This document shows positions 1 to 9,154 of a DNA stretch of 64,000 nucleotides, in pieces. The translations under genes and the position numbers were made by a program. The stretch is from a virus (taxonomy: Duplodnaviria > Caudoviricetes). Where the stretch lies: IMG/VR virus record IMGVR_UViG_3300036770_007283, one strand, 5' to 3'. Numbering within the stretch: position 1 is the stretch's first letter; the number at the start of each line of letters is the position of its first letter. Below the pieces are notes generated by a model that was given only the letters and a program-made list of their open reading frames with translations, ran no database searches and was not told where the DNA came from.

Positions 1-964
1 TTTTTATTAAATCTGTATTACCAGTGCTAATTTCTGTAATGACGGGAAGTCCTACTGTTAAATATTCTAAAAGTTTAGCATTGCCTGCCGAACTTTTATT
101 TTTAGACCATGATGGTGATAAATCTATTCCCAAGTCTGAATTAATTAAATAGTTCCAATGCTCACCCCATGATACTGGCTTATGAACTGTAATATTTTTT
201 GATTTTGAAAAATATTTTTTTAACCACTGAAGATTATCAGAAACCTCTGGCCCAAATTTATTTTTTCCATTTAGATTTAATTTATCCAGCATTTCGGGCG
301 GCTTTGCAAAACTACCTGGTAATATATTTAAATGATACTCTTCTGAAAAATTATTCATTACATCAATTAAAAAAGGCATTTTAGATGGAGAATGCATCAT
401 TCTGCCCATATAAATTAAGTTATGCTTTCTTTTTAAGAATGGCGCATCTTTTAAATTATCTTTTACATATTCTGTGCCCATTTCTGAATAAAAAACCTTT
501 TGCTGTGGATCACCATTAACTTTTTTCATAGAATTCATAAAACCTATTTCTTGACAAAAAAAGAAGTCAGCTGCTTTATATATATAATCAAAAGAAAACT
601 TTGATTTACTAATCCAATTATGTGTCGCGTGTTTAATTACCAGCAAAGTCTTTGTTTTTATACCTGCTGCTTTCTTATCCATTAGATTCTTAAGCGGCTT
701 TATCGAATCAATAACTTTTTCTATTGCTAGGTCTAGTCCTAATATTATTATATCAAAACTTTCTAATAATTCAAAATCTATTTTGGAATAAGGCATCATC
801 TGTATATTATGTATTTTATCTAGTTGCAATCTTGAAACATAAAAAACTTCATGGCCTAAATTAGAAAATCCTTTTGCCAATCCAAAAGATTTATATATAC
901 TATAATGTATTTTGAATTCATTTTCAAAAGGTGAGGCTGTATTTCCTGCAATTAATATTTTCAT
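1..964 (-). CDS. GT-B (GT4-like) glycosyltransferase, 3' end truncated by the window edge; missing from the ORF track
   Basis: Manual translation from ATG at 964 (ATGA overlap with the upstream stop) is open to base 1. It begins MKILIAGNTASPFENEF...GLAKGFSNLGHEVFYV (Rossmann beta1 plus the G-H-E-V motif) and ends ...SAGNAKLLEYLTVGLPVITE (KLLEY-x-x-x-G-L-P-V donor-binding motif). Confidence 0.8.
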   Translation of the reverse strand, partial: MKILIAGNTASPFENEFKIHYSIYKSFGLAKGFSNLGHEVFYVSRLQLDKIHNIQMMPYSKIDFELLESFDIIILGLDLAIEKVIDSIKPLKNLMDKKAAGIKTKTLLVIKHATHNWISKSKFSFDYIYKAADFFFCQEIGFMNSMKKVNGDPQQKVFYSEMGTEYVKDNLKDAPFLKRKHNLIYMGRMMHSPSKMPFLIDVMNNFSEEYHLNILPGSFAKPPEMLDKLNLNGKNKFGPEVSDNLQWLKKYFSKSKNITVHKPVSWGEHWNYLINSDLGIDLSPSWSKNKSSAGNAKLLEYLTVGLPVITEISTGNTDLIK

Positions 965-1449
965 TTTTTTACACAATAATAGATTGACTGTTGTGGTGGT
1001 AAAACCAAATCTTTCTTAAGAACTTCTATTTTATAATCATTTATAAATAATTTTTCAAATGAATCAAAACTTTTATTTAGACATGAAAAAATGAAATGAT
1101 TGAAATTTTTTTGTATATATAAGTTGAAACTTTTTTTATCATCTATGTATTCTAATAGTCCAAGAAAAAGTCCTAACCCTGGATCTTCAATATTAGGCCT
1201 ATCTATATTTAAATCAACTAAAATTGTTAAATCTGTATGTTTAATACTATCAAACCCAAAATATTTTATATCTTTATTTATAAAGTTAACAATGTTTGAG
1301 TCACCACAACCAAAATCATATAGATATTCTGGATTTACTTCGTTTATTTTTTTTGCTGCCGTCATCATTCTTTCTGACCAATCTAAACCTTTGTTAGCTG
1401 GATAATCCTTAAGTAATTTGCAGCCTTTTTCCGCCCATCTATTTGCCAT
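961..1449 (-). CDS. Small class I SAM-dependent methyltransferase
   Basis: Motif I LYDFGCG, acidic residue after beta2 (YFGFD), and an LGLLEYI post-motif. GGAGG RBS upstream. Confidence 0.65.
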   Translation of the reverse strand: MANRWAEKGCKLLKDYPANKGLDWSERMMTAAKKINEVNPEYLYDFGCGDSNIVNFINKDIKYFGFDSIKHTDLTILVDLNIDRPNIEDPGLGLFLGLLEYIDDKKSFNLYIQKNFNHFIFSCLNKSFDSFEKLFINDYKIEVLKKDLVLPPQQSIYYCVKK

Positions 1450-1466
1450 TAGACCTCCCTTCTAAA

Positions 1467-2456
1467 TTATGCATCACATATATTTTCAAAAAATAATATA
1501 ACTTCTTCAATTCTTTTTTCATAGGTCCAATTATTAATAATTTCTTTATATAGATTTTCCGAAATATCTTTTCTTAAACTTTTATCATCTTTAATTTGTA
1601 TTATTTTTTTTGAAATATTAAAAATATTATCATCAACGATTAATCCATTGAATTTATCAACAACAATATCTCTAGACAAACCAACATGCGTAGTAATAAC
1701 TGGAATAGCGCAGGCTCCAGACTCTAACATCATCATTGGACCACCTTCAGATTTGCTTAGGCAAATAACAGCATCCAGTTTATTATACCATTTATTTAGT
1801 TCTATTCTATCCAGGTCTTTTGCAGCCTTAAGGATAACCCCAGCCATCGTGGCAGATTTACTAACCAATTCAAAATTCTTTATAGGATTATTAAAGTTTC
1901 CAGACCATCCCAGCGTAAATTTTTTATTTTCTACTAAGATATTATTTCTTTTTATACAAAAAATTTCATTATTAATTGCTTGTGATACACGAAATATATT
2001 TGGATGTAATCCTTTAAAATTTTTAATAATAAAAGAATTACAACAAGCTAATGCTTTTGTACCTTCAAAATATTTTTTGTAGGTAGTTTGCGCACCTTCA
2101 TTTACCCATTTTTCATTATTTATACACACACCAACTTTATCTAGAGGAAAATCTGTAGATAATAGCCTACCGTCCCAAATTGCTCTGTGATATAAGAAAA
2201 CAATTCCATCATATTTAGAATGATCAAAGATATTTTTTTTTCCATTTTTAGATATAAAATTTTTTTTATATTCTAAAAAGCTTTCCATATTGCTATAAAC
2301 ATTTGCATTATTTACTTCTTCATTTTTTACACTACTATATTCTTTAAGATAAAGTATCTCTATATTATACTTTTTAAAGAGAAGTTTTTTCCAATTTTGA
2401 ACGGCATCATCATATGCCCACCCCCTTACATCTACAATCAAAAGAATATTTTTCAT
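1467..2456 (-). CDS. GT4-family glycosyltransferase
   Basis: SKSEGGPMMMLESGACAIPVITT (intact E-X7-E), GWSGN...KNF motif, and DKFNGLIV. Confidence 0.9.
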   Translation of the reverse strand: MKNILLIVDVRGWAYDDAVQNWKKLLFKKYNIEILYLKEYSSVKNEEVNNANVYSNMESFLEYKKNFISKNGKKNIFDHSKYDGIVFLYHRAIWDGRLLSTDFPLDKVGVCINNEKWVNEGAQTTYKKYFEGTKALACCNSFIIKNFKGLHPNIFRVSQAINNEIFCIKRNNILVENKKFTLGWSGNFNNPIKNFELVSKSATMAGVILKAAKDLDRIELNKWYNKLDAVICLSKSEGGPMMMLESGACAIPVITTHVGLSRDIVVDKFNGLIVDDNIFNISKKIIQIKDDKSLRKDISENLYKEIINNWTYEKRIEEVILFFENICDA

Positions 2457-3490
2457 TAGATAATCTCTTTCATCTTTTCAATAAGCGAATTTTTATTTAA
2501 AACATTAAAAGCAACCTTATTTTTTAACAAATAAGATATTTTATTTATCCATTCTTTTTTATCATAAACATCATCACATATAAACTCAGATGGGTATGAT
2601 TCATACCACCCGCAATTTCTACTCATTAATATATTTGATCCACATAAAATTGCTTCTTTTATTGTGTTAGGTGAAGCATCATAATAGGAAGTGCATAAAA
2701 TAACTTTTGTATTTTTCATTATCTCAAGAACTTCTCTCTGCGAAGATAGGTCCCTACATTCCATATTTTTAATACCATTAAAAATTGAAGAATTCTTACC
2801 AACCACAATTTTTTTGTTCATATCAAACTTTTTTTCTGACATAATATTTATTGCTAATTCAGAATTTTTAACCTTCCTAGAAAGGTTGGAGCAAATAAAG
2901 GCCAAATCCCATTTTCTATCTGTGAAATTTTCACCCAGACAAATATCGTTGTTAAATGCCAAAGAAGTGTCTATGGGGTTTGAAAACTTCTTATTTTCAC
3001 CATAATTTTTAATTAATAATTTTTTACCTAACCAACTATTTGGAACCACCAAATCAGAAGCCCTGATACAAGCCTCTTCCTGCTTGAATCTAATGATATT
3101 AAAACCAGATAGATATTTTTGCGCAGAAATTCCATTTTCTGAAGCAGATGACATTTGAGGTGACCCAGTTACCAAATACACTATTTTTACATTAGGAAAT
3201 AATTCTTTAGAAATAACAGGTGCTGCATAATTTTTTCCAAAAATGACATCTGGTAATCCGCCCAACTGCCTAGTTATTAGCCTATTTAAAATACTCTTCT
3301 TATCCTTACCTGGATCAAACTTCCAGACACCACCAATTTTATCAGGATCTACATTTACCCTGCTAGATTCAAAAAATACTCCTGCAACCATATGGCCAAA
3401 ACTTCTAAGATATTTTATTAAGGCATAGCTGTTGGTTGCTGCACCGCCATAATAAGGATATTGTGTACTTGTTATAAGAATTCTAGCCAT
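2456..3490 (-). CDS. GT-B glycosyltransferase (divergent GT4-like)
   Basis: N-terminal RILITSTQYPYYGGAATNSYALIKYLRSFGH, RKVKN motif, and SYYDASPNTIKEAILCG (D-X7-E). Confidence 0.75.
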   Translation of the reverse strand: MARILITSTQYPYYGGAATNSYALIKYLRSFGHMVAGVFFESSRVNVDPDKIGGVWKFDPGKDKKSILNRLITRQLGGLPDVIFGKNYAAPVISKELFPNVKIVYLVTGSPQMSSASENGISAQKYLSGFNIIRFKQEEACIRASDLVVPNSWLGKKLLIKNYGENKKFSNPIDTSLAFNNDICLGENFTDRKWDLAFICSNLSRKVKNSELAINIMSEKKFDMNKKIVVGKNSSIFNGIKNMECRDLSSQREVLEIMKNTKVILCTSYYDASPNTIKEAILCGSNILMSRNCGWYESYPSEFICDDVYDKKEWINKISYLLKNKVAFNVLNKNSLIEKMKEII

Positions 3491-4361
3491 AACTAATACC
3501 TAAAAATGGTTGAAATCCTTTTGATCTAGTCTTCCAAGACCACTCTTTATATATATGTTCTTTAATAATTTTTCCATACTTAGATATCAAGGCAGGATTA
3601 TTTTTATGAAATTGAATGGACTTTTTAAGTTCTTCCTTTTTAGATGCAGATGTAATTGCTCCACATTTTTTAATCTGAATTACATTCCCTACGTTGGTAG
3701 ATATAATAGACCTTCCACAAGCACCTGCTTCCAAAATAGGGTTAGGCGTACCCTCTGATTCGCTAAAACAAATTAAGGTACCAATAGAATTATAAAAGTC
3801 TAACATCTGCTTAGCGTTTAAATTATCAGACTGAAAAGCAGTTTTAAGTTGATAATCTGGACCTAAGGTTTTGAAGATATCATTTATTATATCGAATCTT
3901 TTCACTGCCCTCTTGTGATTGCCTACCCAACCAAAAACACTGCTATATTTAGAAGGTTCCGTTGTACTGTAAAAATTTTCTGTGTTGACACCGAAAGGAG
4001 TATTGTAAACCTTCTTAGGATAAGCAGGCCTAAACTCACTAAACAACAAATTACTAGAGGTACTAATAGCATCGTAATTATTTAAAACACTAGATATGCT
4101 TAGCGGTCCATTACGACCAACATGGCTAGATATTGTTGTTACCAAACGATAGTTACGCCTAGCAGATATTTTTTCACGAATATAAGTATGGATAGGCCAA
4201 TTCAAAGAATAAACTAGATCAAAATTATTAAAGTTTAAATCATTAACATCTCTAAAGTGCTTTATCAAAATATCATGTTTTGAGAAGTATTGTTTAAGAT
4301 TAGCTGCCCTATTAGCCAACGCCCAGGTATAACTATCCACAATAAACAATGCTCTAGCCAT
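3483..4361 (-). CDS. GT4-family glycosyltransferase (start revised to the ATG overlapping the upstream TAA)
   Basis: SESEGTPNPILEAGACGRSIISTNVG (E-X7-E), GWVGN...KRF motif, and PFGVNTENF. TAATG coupling at 4361. Confidence 0.9.
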   Translation of the reverse strand: MARALFIVDSYTWALANRAANLKQYFSKHDILIKHFRDVNDLNFNNFDLVYSLNWPIHTYIREKISARRNYRLVTTISSHVGRNGPLSISSVLNNYDAISTSSNLLFSEFRPAYPKKVYNTPFGVNTENFYSTTEPSKYSSVFGWVGNHKRAVKRFDIINDIFKTLGPDYQLKTAFQSDNLNAKQMLDFYNSIGTLICFSESEGTPNPILEAGACGRSIISTNVGNVIQIKKCGAITSASKKEELKKSIQFHKNNPALISKYGKIIKEHIYKEWSWKTRSKGFQPFLGISYG

Positions 4362-5278
4362 TAAATCATTCCAAAGATCTGATTCCATTTTAAAAGATAA
4401 TCTTTTATATGAAATTTTTCAATAGCAATTTGACGTGATGATAAGCTGTAATCTTTTTGCATATTTTCATTATTAATCAGCATTTTTAACCCAGTCAACA
4501 GCTCATCTTTATTATTTGATAGAATGGCAGTCTTACCATTTTTAAAGTACAAGTCTATATCAAAATTATTAGTTGATACCAATGGCATTCCGCACATCAC
4601 TGCTTCGGCACGACTTCTAGGCATTGCAGATGATTGTGTTGGGTTAAAATAAACATTGTATTTATTATATATTCTTACAAGAGCTTCCAAACTTTCTGCC
4701 ACATTATCATTTCTGTTGATGTCCGTATTTCCATGGCCCACCAAATCTATAAGCCCTAATTCATCGCTGATGCCTTTCCATAAATTATATCCCATAATTT
4801 GGGAACGCTTCTTGAAAACATTGGCAACAGTTAGGATACGATTATTTTTTTCTAAGTCTATCTTTTTAAATTCTTCAGGATCAAAACCATGAACAATATG
4901 ATAGTGATTCATTTTAGGATAGCGATGCCTGTTAGAATTTAAAACCGACAAGCAGTTCCAAACTACATGCCTACATTCTCTTGGAAATGGAAATGCATTA
5001 GTGGTTTGTACTACTGCAATAGGTTTCGCACCACGCCTAATAACATTTGTATATTTTATAGGTAGAATCGGGGAACGAATTATCACCGCATCAAAATTAA
5101 TCTTGCTAATTTCTTTTTCATAAATTAAATTAACATTACTATTTAATGGCCTGTGCATCCCATTCCAGTTTGGCTTACCACCATCAATACCCACTAGATA
5201 AAAATCATGACCAGTTTTAAAAAACTCATATTGATGACCTTGGTGACAATACCAGTCTAAAATCTTTAGTTTTTTCAT
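4361..5278 (-). CDS. GT4-like glycosyltransferase
   Basis: HGFDPEEF, NPTQSSAMPRSRAEAVMCGMPLVST (S-X7-E), and FKNGKTAIL. Confidence 0.8.
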   Translation of the reverse strand: MKKLKILDWYCHQGHQYEFFKTGHDFYLVGIDGGKPNWNGMHRPLNSNVNLIYEKEISKINFDAVIIRSPILPIKYTNVIRRGAKPIAVVQTTNAFPFPRECRHVVWNCLSVLNSNRHRYPKMNHYHIVHGFDPEEFKKIDLEKNNRILTVANVFKKRSQIMGYNLWKGISDELGLIDLVGHGNTDINRNDNVAESLEALVRIYNKYNVYFNPTQSSAMPRSRAEAVMCGMPLVSTNNFDIDLYFKNGKTAILSNNKDELLTGLKMLINNENMQKDYSLSSRQIAIEKFHIKDYLLKWNQIFGMI

Positions 5279-6366
5279 TTGAAATCCGAAAGCTCTCTAG
5301 AGATAATTTTAGATACAGATTCAATATCAAAGCTTTTTCCAATCTCCCTAGCTTTTTCAGCTTTATGTCCATACTTATCATGATTCTCGTAAACATCTCT
5401 AAATAACTTCATAAGATGGTTAACATCTGGATAGGCCCAATTTTGATAAGAACCATAAAGCTGGCACCAATCCATATCCACCACTGGCCCAAGAGAATGA
5501 TTTATAATGTGTGCAGACTGATCAGATAGCCATTCTGTAACACCACCATACCTTGTAACAATTATTTGCTTCTTGCTTAGCATTGCATCATGAATTGGCA
5601 TTCCCCAACCTTCACCATGATGTGAGCTAACAAAGCAGTCACCTATATTATGGAGGGCTCTAATTTCTTCTGTTTTTATAATATCTCTCATCAAATAAAT
5701 TGGAGGATAATATTTTTGATTAAGCTTTCTTTTTATCTCTAAAATATCTTGCTTAATTCCCTCATAATTGGAGCCTTTTATATTAAGTGGGTTTACTTTT
5801 AAAAGTAGAATAACCTTGTCACCCTCTTTGAAGGTCTTGTAATAAGCATTGAGTAAGGTTTTGTATCCCTTTCTATTCTGCCACTGAAAAATAGAATAAA
5901 ATTTATAAACATCATTACTAACGGTATATCCGTCTGATAAGTTTGATGGGATTACAGCTCTTTTTTCTGTATAGAAATCTTCTGATGGCGTTGGAACGAC
6001 TTTTATTTTTCCCCTAAAGCCAGCACGTTGGCAAGCCTCTTTGGTTAGATTACATGGTGCCCAAATTTCATTTAAATAACCTAAACTGCTAGCCCAAAAC
6101 CTTGGTAATCTATCTGCTTCCCAATAAAAATAACCAATTTTATAACTTTTGGACTTGTGACGATTGTAAGGTGGGCAGTGTAAGTAAAAATCTACATTTG
6201 TTATAGAGTCATAGTTATTTAAAGAATCTAATAACCCAGAGGTTCCACTTCCATTTAAAACAAACTTAGTTCTAATTCCTGACATAGAAAATGCTTTAGT
6301 AAAATTAATTACTGCATTTCCATATCCAGTATGTGTATTGGCAGGACCAAAAAACCTAACTGGCAT
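5275..6366 (-). CDS. GT4-like glycosyltransferase
   Basis: TGYG N-terminal motif, YWEADRLP, RKGYKTLLNAY, and HGEGWGMPIHDAM (E-X7-D). Confidence 0.85.
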   Translation of the reverse strand: MPVRFFGPANTHTGYGNAVINFTKAFSMSGIRTKFVLNGSGTSGLLDSLNNYDSITNVDFYLHCPPYNRHKSKSYKIGYFYWEADRLPRFWASSLGYLNEIWAPCNLTKEACQRAGFRGKIKVVPTPSEDFYTEKRAVIPSNLSDGYTVSNDVYKFYSIFQWQNRKGYKTLLNAYYKTFKEGDKVILLLKVNPLNIKGSNYEGIKQDILEIKRKLNQKYYPPIYLMRDIIKTEEIRALHNIGDCFVSSHHGEGWGMPIHDAMLSKKQIIVTRYGGVTEWLSDQSAHIINHSLGPVVDMDWCQLYGSYQNWAYPDVNHLMKLFRDVYENHDKYGHKAEKAREIGKSFDIESVSKIISRELSDFK

Positions 6367-7974
6367 TTAGATATACTCACCCTTTAAAACAACAACATTT
6401 CTTTCCGCCTCTTGTTTTTTAAAGAAGCTCTGTACTTCAAAAACTGTATTAACAAATTTTTGGCTATTAACAACAGCATTATGATTATCACTTACAAATT
6501 GCATTGCTGCGCCAATCACTTCTAAATTACCTATATTTTCTTTGATAACATTAGATGCTGCTTCTACATCTGAATCAATCTTAAAACCAGTAACACCATC
6601 CTCTATTAGGGATGGAATCGATCCGACCATATTAGAAAAGACTGGGACACCGGAAGACATTGCTTCTATAATTGAAATGGGTGTCCCCTCCATATTGGAA
6701 GCCAAGACAAATCCATCAAAAATATTATAATATTCCTCTGGATTATTTACATGTCCTGCAAAAATAACATTTTTAATATTGTCGTTATTAACTGCCGAAA
6801 TTAAATTATGTTTTTCTGGCCCATCACCCACTATGACAAAATAGCAGTCCTTCATTACTTTGGCTAAAGATATAATATAGTTAAGGTTCTTTTCTTTGGA
6901 TAATCTGGCTACAGTTCCTAGCACTGTAGCATACTTTGGGATACCCAATTTTTCTCTAAGCTGAAAATTTTCCTTAGGCATAAATCTATCTAGATCTATA
7001 CCAACCGGAACTACTTCCCTTAGAAAAGTGCCAGAAATATCGTGGCCTAATAATTTAGAGACAAAGATTACTTTATCTATGTTTTTTCTTTCCTTCTTTA
7101 AGGATAGAGCGCCAGGCCAAGTAAAATCACTATGATAGATTTCTATCAGCGAGCTAGCCATCTCATTATCTTCTTTCATCTTAACTAAGGTTTCATAAAT
7201 ATCTAGTCTGTTATAGTAAACTATAAAATCATAATAATTACTTCTAAGTACACCAGGTAATTGGTCCAGACTTTTTACAACTTTATGTACAACGCTGGGC
7301 CTGGTTATTTTTTTCTGTAATATATTTTCATTTAAATAAAGAATTGTGATTTGATATTGTTCTGGAATTCTATTGATAATACTCTCTAAATAGACTTCTG
7401 CACCGCCATAAATATGATAGGGAATAATAAATGCAATCTTGTTAAACATCCCATTTTCAGGGGTAGGGATAAAAATCTTTTTTATATCCTTGTAGTTTAC
7501 TCTGACTGGTTTAAACACTTTTTCAAGGCCTATACTTCTTACTTCTATATTCTTTTCTGTTGGATGTGCAGCTTTAATTATTCCTGTATCTAAGGTTTTT
7601 TCTTGCTGTTCTACATCCACAATTATCCTGCTTAATTCTAGACTCCCGTAAACATTGTTTTCTCTAGATATCTTAATGCTAGACAATCCAAAATTAAAAT
7701 TAGATTCGTAAGTGTAAGTTTTTTCGGTTAAGGAATTCCCTTCAAATTGAATTAACTCTTTGAATAAGGATTCTCCTTTTCCTCCGATGATTTCTAAAAA
7801 CATTTTCCCATCGCCAGTTCTTTTTTTGCCAATTATTTTAATATTATGCTTACCCTGCCTAATATTAATTGGCTGCATAAAGTTGGCTGATTTAAGAACT
7901 AGGATTGAATCACTTTTGATATCTAAACCTCTACCTGACCAGCTTTTATTTTTAATAGTATCAAAAATTCTCAT
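6367..7974 (-). CDS. GT4-family glycosyltransferase with an extra N-terminal beta-rich domain
   Basis: YGGAEVY, VGIDLDRF, GTVARLSKEKN, IVGDGPE, and SNMEGTPISIIEAMSSGVPV (E-X7-E). About 170 extra residues precede the GT core. Confidence 0.9.
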   Translation of the reverse strand: MRIFDTIKNKSWSGRGLDIKSDSILVLKSANFMQPINIRQGKHNIKIIGKKRTGDGKMFLEIIGGKGESLFKELIQFEGNSLTEKTYTYESNFNFGLSSIKISRENNVYGSLELSRIIVDVEQQEKTLDTGIIKAAHPTEKNIEVRSIGLEKVFKPVRVNYKDIKKIFIPTPENGMFNKIAFIIPYHIYGGAEVYLESIINRIPEQYQITILYLNENILQKKITRPSVVHKVVKSLDQLPGVLRSNYYDFIVYYNRLDIYETLVKMKEDNEMASSLIEIYHSDFTWPGALSLKKERKNIDKVIFVSKLLGHDISGTFLREVVPVGIDLDRFMPKENFQLREKLGIPKYATVLGTVARLSKEKNLNYIISLAKVMKDCYFVIVGDGPEKHNLISAVNNDNIKNVIFAGHVNNPEEYYNIFDGFVLASNMEGTPISIIEAMSSGVPVFSNMVGSIPSLIEDGVTGFKIDSDVEAASNVIKENIGNLEVIGAAMQFVSDNHNAVVNSQKFVNTVFEVQSFFKKQEAERNVVVLKGEYI

Positions 7975-7982
7975 CTTTAAAC

Positions 7983-9089
7983 CTATTTGTAAAGATCTGT
8001 AATTTTAGTGGCTGCACTTTCCCAAGTGAATTTTTGACAAGTATTTTTGGCTTCTTCTGCAAACTTTTGCTTAAGCAAAAGACTATTTCTATAAGCCATC
8101 AACATAGACTCAATAATCAACTCTTTCTTGGGGATAAATGTTTTTGCACCAGGAGACGCAATCCAATATTGGTATTTGGAACCAGCATCAATAGACTCTA
8201 CATCCATTAGTAATGAATTTTGATTATTTAAAAAGTCTAACTGCCCAGAGCATCTTGGCGCTATGACTAAATTACCTGCAGCCAACCCCTCTAATAGAGG
8301 CAATCCAAACCCTTCAGATGATGACGTGCTAATTAATGCATCGCAGGCCTTATAAAGTGGAATCATACTGGGAAGGTTTTGCTGTATGATTTCAATTCTA
8401 GGTAAACCTCCTGGACGGTCTTTATGCTTAGCTTGCAGAAGCTTTATAGCATTTCTAACGTCTATTTCAAAGTTATATGGCTTTCTATCCTTTGGCATAT
8501 CTAAGCTTGTTTTTAATACCAGGCATACATCATCCTTATCAGAGAAGGTGGTGTAGTATGCATCAATTAAAAGGTCTATATTTTTTCTGTAATGTGGGAT
8601 AGATATATTTAAAAACTTGAATTTTCTATCAGTTTTAAGCTTAAAGGTTTCTTCCGTAGAAAAATCATCTAAGTTGATGCCGTGAGGAACTACCACACAT
8701 TTAGATTCTGGCCACCCAGAGTTAACAAAAACCTCTTTTGAGAAATTGCTAGATGGCAAAACAAAATCAACATGCTTAATTGAATCTAACCACATCTTTG
8801 GCATGATTTCTGTTTCGTAATTATAAATTGCCATTTTTAGTTTAGATTTCTTTTTAAATCTAGAATAAAAATTTCTAGGCAACGTGTAGCAAATATCAAT
8901 ATCTGGAATTGCAATATCTCGATCAATCCTGGAAAGTAAATCTGGTGGGATAAAGTCTTTGCCATTGATACTTTTCAAGTATAGCTTATGGCCCTTGCTT
9001 TTAAATTGTAATAGTAAATTTCTCATAGTAATGGCCCAACTGTGATGGGTTCCCAACATAGATTCGCTTCTAATATTTAATGTAGACAA
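7983..9089 (-). CDS. GT4-family glycosyltransferase (TTG start)
   Basis: VVPHGINLDDF, RKNIDLLIDAY, and SSSEGFGLPLLEGLAAG (E-X7-E). Confidence 0.9.
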   Translation of the reverse strand: MSTLNIRSESMLGTHHSWAITMRNLLLQFKSKGHKLYLKSINGKDFIPPDLLSRIDRDIAIPDIDICYTLPRNFYSRFKKKSKLKMAIYNYETEIMPKMWLDSIKHVDFVLPSSNFSKEVFVNSGWPESKCVVVPHGINLDDFSTEETFKLKTDRKFKFLNISIPHYRKNIDLLIDAYYTTFSDKDDVCLVLKTSLDMPKDRKPYNFEIDVRNAIKLLQAKHKDRPGGLPRIEIIQQNLPSMIPLYKACDALISTSSSEGFGLPLLEGLAAGNLVIAPRCSGQLDFLNNQNSLLMDVESIDAGSKYQYWIASPGAKTFIPKKELIIESMLMAYRNSLLLKQKFAEEAKNTCQKFTWESAATKITDLYK

Positions 9090-9104
9090 AGTACACCACC
9101 CGCG

Positions 9105-9132
9105 ATTATATTACGTGCTATATATTTAACAA
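9105..9132 (-). promoter_or_regulatory. Candidate sigma70-type promoter for the glycosyltransferase island
   Basis: Minus strand TTGTTA (9132-9127), 16-nt spacer, TATAAT (9110-9105), preceded by an A/T-rich UP-like tract. The predicted leader would be very short. Confidence 0.4.
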
Positions 9133-9154
9133 TCTATCTAGTTTATTATTTATT

